NCBI GenBank assembly: GCA_016839785.1
Contig: JAEOTQ010000063.1
Location: 1-37,261 of the forward strand
DNA from: Candidatus Hodarchaeota archaeon
GTDB lineage: Archaea > Asgardarchaeota > Heimdallarchaeia > Hodarchaeales > Hodarchaeaceae
Length of the DNA: 37,261 bases
Reading direction: 5' to 3'
A model generated the notes under the pieces. That model searched no databases. It saw only the letters and a list, made by a program, of their open reading frames with translations, and was not told the origin of the DNA. Shown here piece by piece: positions 25,616 to 34,840 of the stretch. Numbering within the stretch: position 1 is the first letter of the stretch; each line of letters begins with the position of its first letter. The position numbers were made by a program, and so were the translations under genes.

Positions 25616-27298
25616 TCAGTCGATTTTTCTTCTCAAACGTTTGGATCCAATTAGAATCGGCAAAGTCAAAAGGATAATGAGTAAGGAATTACTCACTCCT
25701 GTTTTCGAAGGGGAGCTTGACAAATCAGTCAAATTAGAATTAGATTTTGAAGGAATTAATGTCCGATCCGAATCATCATGAAGAGTAAGATCATCTAACT
25801 CTCTGAAATAGGCAATTATTGTATCTCGATAGTGTACTCCAGTATCAAACGCTTCAATGCTATCTTGATATTGAACATACCAAGTATAATCAGTGATTAA
25901 ACCAGTATAGGTTTCTGTGGGATTTAGATAGGAATATATTCCGTTCTTTTGAATTTGATAGGTACCATCGATATTTCGGATACCAGAAAGGGCAAGGCCT
26001 TCAAAATAGATAAAATTCTTTATTTCTTCACCCGTCATACTAAAGGCCATTAAATTATTTTCAAATGGAACAACTGATACTACGTCAGCAATAGAAATAT
26101 CTCCTGCCCTAAAATAGTCACGAAATCCTCCTCCTCGATTTGTAATTCCAAAATTATATTCATAACCAAAATGATAGATAAATGCATCAGTTACTAGTGC
26201 ACCAATGCCTGTAGTGCCTGAATCATCAAAGACATCTTCGCTCGTATAAGTAAGAACTTCAGCAGCATTAATTTGAGTATCCCATTGATCTACAACAGCT
26301 TGGATCTCGGAATCAGGAATGACTCCTCCATCAATATTATCTATAAGTTCTCCTATACTGGAAATAACCTCTCCTGTAGTACGATTAATTGATAATTCGA
26401 TTTTAACATACTGTTGGGATTTATGAGCAGCCATGGCTACGATTGCCCCTCCTTCATAACCAATGATTGGAGAACCTGCATGACCGCCAAGAAATATAGC
26501 GACACCTAAGTCAGAAACATCATATGCAAGCTGAGTTAAAGTACCAGGTGAAGCATGAGCCAACACAATAATAAAATTAGCACCAGCAGCTTGAACTTCT
26601 GGAACATATTGCCTTATGGCAGATTCATAATCGCCAAAATCGAAATGACTTGTTACTTTTGGATGAGCAGTTGTGTATGTTGAAGTAGTTGTTAAGCCGA
26701 TAATCCCGACGCTAATTCCAGAGTGATTTTGAATAACCCATGGAACCGTGAAATTTGCTAGGTCAGTTGTCCCAACATCAAAAATATTGCTGGAGAGAAT
26801 TGGAAAATTTGCTTGCTCTTTTCTCTTATTCATCCACTCTACACCAAAATCAAATTCATGATTGCCGATACATGCAGCATCGAATCCCATGGTGTTCATA
26901 ACATCGATTACTGCTTCTCCTTTACTTAATGTTGCAGTAGCTGGACCAGTATTCTGATCTCCCCCTGAAAAAAGCAAATAGGAAGAATTTTCTGTATTTG
27001 GATCAAATCCCTCCTGTCGGAAGTAGCCCATATACGAAGCTACTCCTCCAATACCGTCACGTGGGTTGAGCCAACCATGAAGATCATTAATATGTAACAG
27101 AGTAAGATTTATTGAATCTGAAATTTCAGAGGACACATTTTCAGATGATGATCCTTGGGTACTTAGTGCTAAACTTCTAATAGGTAAATTAGAAGTGTAT
27201 AGAAGTAAGCTAACGTTTAGGCATATAAGTAATAGTGGAATTGTGGTTATCCATTTACTTGAAAACACTTTGGTGATTTTTGAATGCATTTCGTTCAA
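25616..27298 (-). CDS. Membrane-anchored extracellular 5'-nucleotidase/UDP-sugar hydrolase (calcineurin-like metallophosphoesterase)
   Basis: LHINDLHG, GGDQNTG, GNHEFDFG, LAH, GGH, NRGGGFR, VPFEN; N-terminal signal/TM and C-terminal TM + KRLRRK. Confidence 0.92.
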   Translation of the reverse strand: MNEMHSKITKVFSSKWITTIPLLLICLNVSLLLYTSNLPIRSLALSTQGSSSENVSSEISDSINLTLLHINDLHGWLNPRDGIGGVASYMGYFRQEGFDPNTENSSYLLFSGGDQNTGPATATLSKGEAVIDVMNTMGFDAACIGNHEFDFGVEWMNKRKEQANFPILSSNIFDVGTTDLANFTVPWVIQNHSGISVGIIGLTTTSTYTTAHPKVTSHFDFGDYESAIRQYVPEVQAAGANFIIVLAHASPGTLTQLAYDVSDLGVAIFLGGHAGSPIIGYEGGAIVAMAAHKSQQYVKIELSINRTTGEVISSIGELIDNIDGGVIPDSEIQAVVDQWDTQINAAEVLTYTSEDVFDDSGTTGIGALVTDAFIYHFGYEYNFGITNRGGGFRDYFRAGDISIADVVSVVPFENNLMAFSMTGEEIKNFIYFEGLALSGIRNIDGTYQIQKNGIYSYLNPTETYTGLITDYTWYVQYQDSIEAFDTGVHYRDTIIAYFRELDDLTLHDDSDRTLIPSKSNSNLTDLSSSPSKTGVSNSLLIILLTLPILIGSKRLRRKID

Positions 27299-27485
27299 TA
27301 GAATTCATCTCTGTGGTCATTCGTTTTGGATGATTCATTTGAATATAAATTCTCAGCACCCAAAAATTCGGTTATATACTGGTTAGAAGAACGTGAATTT
27401 CTAAATGTGAAGAAATCCTAAATTACTTAAGTATCACTTACAATTATACTTAAAGCCAAGTATTTTCCAAAAGAATTTTAGAAGA

Positions 27486-27992
27486 ATGATGATTAACCTC
27501 TATGAATTCACGGGTTTTATTGAAGAAAATTTTGACCTAGTGTCGGGAGTACCCTGTTCCTATTTCAAAGACTTTTTATCCTATTTAACAAATCAAGAGG
27601 GAGTTTCACAACTAAAACACCTTATAGCAACGCGGGAAGATGAAGCAATTGCTATTGCTACAGGAGCAGCTCTTTCTAAGAAACGAGCATTGGTTTATAT
27701 GCAAAATAGTGGTGTAGGAAATATAGGGGATGCATTAACGTCACTGGTTCAGCTATATAAGTTACCAATGATGATTTTAATAAGTTACAGGGGTTTAATA
27801 GAGGATATTGATTTTCCTGAACATTCGATAATGGGAGAGATTAATAATTCACTATTAGAATCATTAAATCTCCGTTATTGGGATTTAGAAATAGAAAATT
27901 GGCAAAAAAATATGAAAAATGCTCTAACAGAAATGAAAGATCAATCCTTACCGGTAGTCTTAATGGTGAAACAGGGAGTGTTGAGTCAATGA
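27486..27992 (+). CDS. ThDP-dependent sulfopyruvate/phosphonopyruvate decarboxylase, alpha subunit (ComD/Ppd-like)
   Basis: GVPCSYF, TREDEAIAIATGA, YMQNSGVGN, LISYRG....DFPEHSIMG. Confidence 0.88.
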   Translation: MMINLYEFTGFIEENFDLVSGVPCSYFKDFLSYLTNQEGVSQLKHLIATREDEAIAIATGAALSKKRALVYMQNSGVGNIGDALTSLVQLYKLPMMILISYRGLIEDIDFPEHSIMGEINNSLLESLNLRYWDLEIENWQKNMKNALTEMKDQSLPVVLMVKQGVLSQ

Positions 27993-28546
27993 AGGGGTAT
28001 GAAGTAATCTTAAAGTTACAGGAATATCTGGGTGAAAACGATCTAATAGTCAGCTCAAATGGGAATATTAGCCGGGAGGTTTATCATTATCTACCCAAGC
28101 CACAAGTTTACCTTAGAGGATCGATGGGCCTACCTGTAGGTGTGGGATTAGGCTTGGCAGTAATGAATCCAGAAAAACGAATTACTGTCATTACTGGAGA
28201 TGGTAACCTTCTGATGGGATTCGGCTCGGTTGTTACGGTTGCTTACTATAAACCAAACAATCTAAAGATACTAATCTTAGATAATTCACAATATTTTACA
28301 ACAGGTGGACAACAAACAGTATCTTCAGCAATTAATTACTCTAAGTTTCTGGATTCGCTGAATATCATGAATTTTCAATCTCTAGAAGCCTCTCCGAGTA
28401 CTGTTAATGACTCTTTAGACAATTTTTTTAATACTAAAGGATTGGCGATATTACATTATACCATTGAAGAAGGAAAAAAGGAGTTGTCTAATATTCCTTG
28501 GCATCCAACCAAGATTGCAGATAAATTTCTACATAGATTTGGTTGA
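27989..28546 (+). CDS. ThDP-dependent sulfopyruvate/phosphonopyruvate decarboxylase, beta subunit (ComE/Ppd-like)
   Basis: ATG 27989 overlaps the alpha stop (ATGA); GNISRE, GSMGL, GDGNLLM...LDN ThDP motif, TTGGQQT. Confidence 0.88.
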   Translation: MKGYEVILKLQEYLGENDLIVSSNGNISREVYHYLPKPQVYLRGSMGLPVGVGLGLAVMNPEKRITVITGDGNLLMGFGSVVTVAYYKPNNLKILILDNSQYFTTGGQQTVSSAINYSKFLDSLNIMNFQSLEASPSTVNDSLDNFFNTKGLAILHYTIEEGKKELSNIPWHPTKIADKFLHRFG

Positions 28547-28723
28547 AGATAGGATACGGAAGCTAGACAGTAAATAATCAAGTGATTTTAAAGTACCCAT
28601 CGGAGAAGTCTCACTTCATTGGATAGTATCTGTTTTGAAAATCCTCTACATAGTAATATAAATGAAATATTAACAATAGTTATGTAGATATAGTCGACTA
28701 TCTACCCATAATTCAACCCATTC

Positions 28724-28765
28724 AATGGAAAGAAGGGGATATCTCGGTATCTCCTTCTTTCTATT
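28724..28765 (+). other. Long stem-loop (18-bp stem including two G-U pairs); possible terminator or structured RNA
   Basis: aatggaaagaaggggata-tctcgg-tatctccttctttctatt, followed by pyrimidine-rich sequence. Confidence 0.55.
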
Positions 28766-29000
28766 CTCCATAATTTCCTCTTTTACTTTACGAAATCGCT
28801 AATAAAATATCTCTTGCATTTGAACAACGAATTGGGTAAGGCTATTTCATTCTATAGAATTTCTTTAAGCAGATTGTTAATGAATGTGGTTTATTATACC
28901 TTGAGAAAACAGGAATAGAAGACCTCTAGAAAGTATTAATTTCTCTATTGAACTATAATAAATAATTGACATTCAGAATAGCTCCAGCGGGTAAAATCGT

Positions 29001-29711
29001 ATGACAGACATAGAAATTGTGGATGATGCGGGAGACGAGTTTTCAGTTATGAATATCCCTATTCCTTTTTATATTCGATGTAAATTAAATGAAGGCCTGT
29101 CAAGATATCGTGTAAGAATTTTAGATGAGACAACACATGTACGTGGATTTTATACTGGAGCTTCTAAACGTGATTTTCTTGAAATCCATGTTCCAGTAAT
29201 TCCTCTTCAAAATTATGGTAAATTGTTTATCCATATTGAATTAGACAATGATTTAGTAAATAATACGATTACTCATGAGACCACAATTGAGTATGTTGAT
29301 CAGGAGACTTATGAGTCTGTTACTGGTAAAATCAAAGATGAAATAATACAAGAACAACCATCCCCCCCGTTGATCATTCAAGATACTTCTCATCAACTTA
29401 CCTCTCAAGAAGTAAGATATCTTACACTTGGGGAAGAAGATACCCCTAAAGATGATTTACATGAAGAACCTGCTAAAGTTCCGCCTTTACCATCATTTGA
29501 GACATTAAGTGAATCATTCAGCGGGGATACCAGACAGACTAACGAGAAACTTGAAACAACTATTGAAAACCAAGTCCAATCTCCAGAACTATCGCCTGAC
29601 GAACTTAATTACTTAGCTCAAAGAACACAAATTCTTCAGGAAGATATTTCAGATACTTCTGAAACTAGAATCAAAGATATATCGGAAATAAGTACTGACG
29701 AAGAAGAATAA
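29001..29711 (+). CDS. Hypothetical protein with beta-rich N-domain and acidic, Pro/Glu/Ser/Thr-rich tail
   Basis: 236-aa ORF; alternating hydrophobic beta pattern in the first ~100 aa, low-complexity acidic remainder. Confidence 0.7.
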   Translation: MTDIEIVDDAGDEFSVMNIPIPFYIRCKLNEGLSRYRVRILDETTHVRGFYTGASKRDFLEIHVPVIPLQNYGKLFIHIELDNDLVNNTITHETTIEYVDQETYESVTGKIKDEIIQEQPSPPLIIQDTSHQLTSQEVRYLTLGEEDTPKDDLHEEPAKVPPLPSFETLSESFSGDTRQTNEKLETTIENQVQSPELSPDELNYLAQRTQILQEDISDTSETRIKDISEISTDEEE

Positions 29712-29772
29712 GCATTAATATATAATTTCATTCAATTTCAGTATATTAAAATCAGTTAAATGGTTTTTACTT

Positions 29773-30696
29773 ATGTCGTTTGAAAGTAATGTGGGTGTTT
29801 TGATGTTTATGCTCTTATATGGAGCAATTTCGGGTGGATCTGCTATTATAATGAAGGTTGGCATCTTTAGATCGGGAGGTATCAAACTTGAAAATTTCTT
29901 TCGTGATGTCCTCCCCGCGGCATGGAACTTATTAACATCGCCTATGTGGTTTATAGGAGGAATAGCTGCGTTAACAGGATTTATAATTTATACCGTTGCT
30001 CTAAACATCTACGATGTATCCATTGTAAAACCTTTAGTCAATACTAATTTACTTTTTACCTTCATTTTTGCTGCTTTGATTTTTAAAGAAAGATTAACTA
30101 CCATAGAATGGATAGGAGTAGGGACTTTAATTCTAGGAATTTTATTAATTGTCTTGACCCCAAATATCGAGTCTAATAATGAATTGAATGAACCTCTACT
30201 GCTACTTTTTCTTCCCGTCACCCTAGGACTAATAGTAGTAATGATCGTAACTCTCTTCGTTGTAAAAGGGGGAGGACCAGCTGAATTCATTCTTCCGATT
30301 TTTGCTGGGTCATTTTTCGGAGTAGGTACTTTCTTCACTAAAAGCCTACTTATCGCCCTAAATGGGGAACTTCAAACTGTGATCCCACGAACTGGTTTAA
30401 TCGTTTATTCATTTTGTATGCTTATTACAACTTATGGTTTTGCGACGATTGCTCAGCAATTAGCCTTTGAAAGGGGCCGTTTATCGATTGTTTCACCCAT
30501 TACGAATGCATTATCTGTTACAATAGCATTTATCGGGTCTTATTTTCTATTCTATGAAGATTTGATTTTTGAAGTAGCTGGAGAATATACTTTTCATTCT
30601 TTATACAAGATCTTTGGGTTAATCAGTATCCTTATTGCTTTATTTATTCTAAGACGCGAGATTGATCCTTTGAAAACTATTTCTGCCTCTTCTTAA
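29773..30696 (+). CDS. DMT superfamily (EamA/NIPA-like) membrane transporter
   Basis: About 9 TM helices; ALNIYDVSIVKPL..TNLLFTFIFAALIFKERL...EWIG and QLAFERGRLSIVSPI motifs. Confidence 0.8.
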   Translation: MSFESNVGVLMFMLLYGAISGGSAIIMKVGIFRSGGIKLENFFRDVLPAAWNLLTSPMWFIGGIAALTGFIIYTVALNIYDVSIVKPLVNTNLLFTFIFAALIFKERLTTIEWIGVGTLILGILLIVLTPNIESNNELNEPLLLLFLPVTLGLIVVMIVTLFVVKGGGPAEFILPIFAGSFFGVGTFFTKSLLIALNGELQTVIPRTGLIVYSFCMLITTYGFATIAQQLAFERGRLSIVSPITNALSVTIAFIGSYFLFYEDLIFEVAGEYTFHSLYKIFGLISILIALFILRREIDPLKTISASS

Positions 30697-30846
30697 CGAA
30701 TCTAATCTACACAATCATAGTAACTACTATTAAAAGACCTCATTTCAAAGATGTCATGATTTAGTCAACGTGTAATCAGTATTATCTACCTAGATCTCAT
30801 ACATTATAAAATGTAAAATCCAGTTGTCATATAGTGGTAGATAAAT

Positions 30847-31959
30847 TTGACACAATATTGTAGTAATTGTGGATCCCAAGCGTCATTAGATTCAGTATTT
30901 TGCGAACAATGTGGATCAAAACTTCCTGGTTTCAGTTCTAAAGTTCCTACGGATATTAGTTTTTCTAATAAAAGAATGAATTCCCCCTCTCGTTTCTATT
31001 CATCCCCTCATAGACACTCATCTATACGTAGACCTATGATTTTTGGAGTTGGTGCTGTTTTCCTCATTGTGGTACTTTCCGGTGCCCTATTCGTTGCCCT
31101 AATCGCAAATGATACATCGTATGAGTACTTAGGAGGTACTTTTGCCGTTTATGAGAAAGATATCTACCAAGATATGGCCGAGGCAGAGTTCATTATCGAT
31201 AATGCAGTAGGAACGGTTTCAATTGATTTTGTAGAAAATAACTCCGAATCGCTTGTTATTATTGAATTACAAGTCTATGGCCCTTCACAAAGCTCTATAG
31301 GTGATTCAAACATGTTTGAAGTACAAGAGCTTGGTAATCGATCATTATTCGTGTTTAATTCATGGAATCCATATACTGACGATAAATTTAATTATGACAT
31401 TATAATTTATGTTTCTACACTGTTAAAGGCCTCTTTTGATGTGCAAGTAATCACTGGGGAAATTATATTTTATGCAGAAGGGGTAAATATAATTGAAGAG
31501 ATTTCTCTTGAGACTACAACAGGTAGTATTTATGCTAGGTTTGAAGATACATATTTTCCAATCAAAAACACAATCAACAGGTTGAAAACTGTTACTGGAA
31601 CCATTGATACACAATTTAACAATATAATCTCTGAAAGTGACTTATTTTGGAGTTTGGAAACTGTTTCTGGAAGTATCTATTCACACCTTGACCAATTCAA
31701 CCTTCCTGAAAAGAATGTAACATATTACTTGGATCTTGTAGCAGTTACGGGTGAAATCAACTATTTCTTCGATATCAATGATTCACTCAGTATTGGATAT
31801 TTTCTAAATTCTAAAGTGGTCACTGGTCAAACAGTTCTTAATGGATTTTCGTCATCAATTGATTTACCATATTATACTCCAAATTTTCAAATAACAACTT
31901 TAAATTTGGTATCAACCTTTGAAACTACAACAGGCTCCATTACAATATCCAAAAGTTAA
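30847..31959 (+). CDS. Zinc-ribbon + single TM + DUF4097/adhesin-like beta-repeat protein
   Basis: YCSNCG...FCEQCG, one TM helix, repeated [TV][TS]G[SET]I units (ETTTGSI, KTVTGTI, ETVSGSI, VAVTGEI). Confidence 0.75.
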   Translation: MTQYCSNCGSQASLDSVFCEQCGSKLPGFSSKVPTDISFSNKRMNSPSRFYSSPHRHSSIRRPMIFGVGAVFLIVVLSGALFVALIANDTSYEYLGGTFAVYEKDIYQDMAEAEFIIDNAVGTVSIDFVENNSESLVIIELQVYGPSQSSIGDSNMFEVQELGNRSLFVFNSWNPYTDDKFNYDIIIYVSTLLKASFDVQVITGEIIFYAEGVNIIEEISLETTTGSIYARFEDTYFPIKNTINRLKTVTGTIDTQFNNIISESDLFWSLETVSGSIYSHLDQFNLPEKNVTYYLDLVAVTGEINYFFDINDSLSIGYFLNSKVVTGQTVLNGFSSSIDLPYYTPNFQITTLNLVSTFETTTGSITISKS

Positions 31960-32091
31960 ATTCTCTTCAATATAAAATGTCGATAAGGATAAGCTTCTTT
32001 TTCGTAATTTTTGCGAAGATTCAGTCATAGGGAAATACAGAGGTAATCTAATTAAAAATATACTTTCCGTATGTTTACTGAAGTGATTTAG

Positions 32092-32985
32092 TTGACAGTA
32101 TTACAGAATTCCCTTGATAACATTATCAGTAGATTTCAGTCATTTATAGAAGATTCGGCCCCAGAATTAACGCGGATAGCGATTGTTATTGCATTTGTCG
32201 TCGGTCTCTGGCTTATTTGGAGCTTCTTGTTGAATAGAATCAAGTCAAAATTGACGCCCACTCAACATAATGCATTACGAACCCTTGGTAGAGCTACCAT
32301 CTTATTATTAGGCTTACTCTGGCTGGGTGGAGATGAATTATTTGTCGGGGCTGCTGCATTACTAGGCACTGCGATAGGTTTTGCGTCTTCTTCTACAATT
32401 GGCAATTTCATCAGCGGTTTGTATCTACTCATAACAAATCCGTTTTGTGTAGGTGATTACGTAATTCTTCCAAATTTAAAAGTAGAGGGTATCGTGGAAG
32501 AAATTTCTATAAATTATACCAGTATCCTCACTCCAGAAGGTGTGCATGTTTTAATAACTAATCAAAAACTCCTTGGAACAATAATCAAAAATACGGAAAT
32601 AACTATCCCGACTGAATCAATTGAGAAGGGAATCATTACCTGGAAAGATCATGACGGTGATAAGTTCGACAGTGTAGATGATGTTGTCGATATTCTCAAA
32701 GGAATGAGAACAAAATTTGCTAATCAGAAGGATCAAAAATATTATCTTTACCCACTTGAACTTAATGTAAGTGCAGACAAATATGCTTATTCTCATGTAA
32801 AGAAAACGTTAGATACTACAACCAATGAATTCAATTCTCGTACAGTAACAGAAATTAGTTGGTTCATGAAAACAAGATCAATTTTTCAGTTAAATCTAAT
32901 CGTAGCCAATCCATATGTAATATTCGACCTAAAAAGTGATATTCTCGGTTTCTTCGAAGAGAATATTGACGAAATTAGTTCCTAA
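32092..32985 (+). CDS. MscS-family small-conductance mechanosensitive channel
   Basis: TM helices then GTAIGFASSSTIGNFISGLYLLITNPFCVGDYV..EGIVEEISINYT.I...G..V.I.N. Confidence 0.9.
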   Translation: MTVLQNSLDNIISRFQSFIEDSAPELTRIAIVIAFVVGLWLIWSFLLNRIKSKLTPTQHNALRTLGRATILLLGLLWLGGDELFVGAAALLGTAIGFASSSTIGNFISGLYLLITNPFCVGDYVILPNLKVEGIVEEISINYTSILTPEGVHVLITNQKLLGTIIKNTEITIPTESIEKGIITWKDHDGDKFDSVDDVVDILKGMRTKFANQKDQKYYLYPLELNVSADKYAYSHVKKTLDTTTNEFNSRTVTEISWFMKTRSIFQLNLIVANPYVIFDLKSDILGFFEENIDEISS

Positions 32986-33025
32986 TCATAGTATTGGAGA
33001 TCTGCAGCCTCGGAGGTGCTAATTC

Positions 33026-34840
33026 TTGGTGAATATCTTAAAACAGCTGTTTTCATATGTGCTAACGCAAAAAGCTCTTGCTTTCATTGTGATTCTAGCC
33101 ATTTTTATTTCTCAAGTCGCTGAATTAGCCATCCCCCTATTAATAGGCCTAACAATTGACAATATTTTGAAGTCGATCGAAACAGGAAACTTCGAAACCT
33201 CTCTTGTACTTTCAGGTGTGGGCTTAATAGTAATTGCTAGTCTTATTAGGAATATAACACATTTTTTAGGCAGATATTCAGGCTATTTACAAGGAGAAGC
33301 GATAATTCGCAAAATCAGAACTGATTTGTTTATCAAGTATGAGACATCAAATATGAAATTTTTTGATCGCCACAGAACAGGCGATCTAATGTCACGGGCG
33401 ACAACAGATCTTGAACCAATTGGTGAATTTTTAGTTTGGGGAGAAAGAATACTTCTACAAGCTTTTTTGACCTATACTGGTATTTACTTAGTTCTGCTAT
33501 CCATTGATGTTACCCTATTCGTTCTGATTGCGATTGTCACGCCAAGCTTATTACTTCTGTCCTACTGGATATCACGCATCTTAGGACCGCTATTTTTTGA
33601 ATTACGGGAAAAATATGGCGAATTAACCGCGGTCATTACTGAAAACATCTCAGGAGCTCAGATCGTTCGAGCTTTTCATGCAGAGGAATATGAGAAGCGG
33701 AAGTTTGACGAACAAAATCAAGGATATATGGAACTCAGAGCATATGCATTTAAAATCCGATCACTGTTCCTTCCCTCAATAGTATTAGTTGTAAATCTCC
33801 TGGTTACAATTCTTATATATGCTGGGGGAGTAGCCGCTATACAGGAACGTGTGACCATTGGGCTATTGATTTCACTTTTTACTTATTTTACAATGCTAGC
33901 TCTTCCCACCCGGTTCCTTGCATTTTCCTTGATAACTTATCAGCGTGTTGTTGCAGCAGGAAATCGTGTGTTTTCACTAATTGAGGATACATCCTTTACT
34001 GAACAAGAAATGGTGGGATATCGTGTTCCGAGTAATGAAACTCCCGAAATTCAGTTTGATCAAGCGTTCTTCAAATATTCAGATCGAACAATTCTTTCCA
34101 ATATATCCTTGACAATCAAATCAGGAGAAAAAATTGCGATATTAGGATCAACAGGATCAGGGAAAAGTACTCTAATTTCTCTTATACCACGGTTCCAAGA
34201 TGTCTCCTCAGGACAAGTATTGGTAAAATATAATGGGGATACACATAATATTACCGATCTCGATCTATCAACATGGAGAAAAAGGGTGGGATTTGTACAT
34301 CAAGAACCGTTCCTATTTGGACGAACTATAAAAGAAAACTTAACATTTGAACTCGGTGATATTGGAACTAAAGAAATTGAGCAATTTTTAGAAATAACCC
34401 AATTAGCTGACTTTGTAAAATCGTTACCAAATGGGATTGATACTATTGTGGGTGAAAGGGGAGTAACTCTCTCTGGAGGACAAAAACAGAGATTAGCAAT
34501 AGCACGGATGCTTCTGAGGAAGAATCCAATAATGATTCTTGACGATGCCACCTCCTCTCTCGATATTTATACAGAAGCATTGTTCCTTGAGGCCTTTGAT
34601 GACCTACTGAAGTCTTCTCCAATCAAACATACAGTAATTTTCATTACTCAACGTCTCAGTACGTTAAAAAATGTAGATCGTATAATAATTCTGAATCGGG
34701 GACAAATTGTAGAAGAAGGAACTCATGATAAACTTATGAGCACTGGTGAAATCTACCCTTTGCTCTGGAAAACACAAGAAGATGGCCAAGTTGACATAAA
34801 ATTAACCTTAGAGAAAATTATTAAGGAGAGGGATGAATAA
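33026..34840 (+). CDS. Heterodimeric ABC exporter subunit 1 (TMD+NBD, degenerate Walker B/H-loop)
   Basis: GDLMSR, GSTGSGKST, LSGGQKQR, ILDDATSSLD (catalytic E replaced by D), ITQRL (H replaced by Q). Confidence 0.93.
   Translation: MVNILKQLFSYVLTQKALAFIVILAIFISQVAELAIPLLIGLTIDNILKSIETGNFETSLVLSGVGLIVIASLIRNITHFLGRYSGYLQGEAIIRKIRTDLFIKYETSNMKFFDRHRTGDLMSRATTDLEPIGEFLVWGERILLQAFLTYTGIYLVLLSIDVTLFVLIAIVTPSLLLLSYWISRILGPLFFELREKYGELTAVITENISGAQIVRAFHAEEYEKRKFDEQNQGYMELRAYAFKIRSLFLPSIVLVVNLLVTILIYAGGVAAIQERVTIGLLISLFTYFTMLALPTRFLAFSLITYQRVVAAGNRVFSLIEDTSFTEQEMVGYRVPSNETPEIQFDQAFFKYSDRTILSNISLTIKSGEKIAILGSTGSGKSTLISLIPRFQDVSSGQVLVKYNGDTHNITDLDLSTWRKRVGFVHQEPFLFGRTIKENLTFELGDIGTKEIEQFLEITQLADFVKSLPNGIDTIVGERGVTLSGGQKQRLAIARMLLRKNPIMILDDATSSLDIYTEALFLEAFDDLLKSSPIKHTVIFITQRLSTLKNVDRIIILNRGQIVEEGTHDKLMSTGEIYPLLWKTQEDGQVDIKLTLEKIIKERDE

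Noticed and set aside
14125-28546. Phosphonate (fosfomycin-like) cluster made of a FomA-like kinase, PhnP-like MBL, class V aminotransferase and Ppd
   Set aside because: The genes are scattered over 14 kb on both strands, there is no PEP mutase, the kinase motifs fit IPK, and the aminotransferase lacks PhnW/AEP-transaminase-like features.
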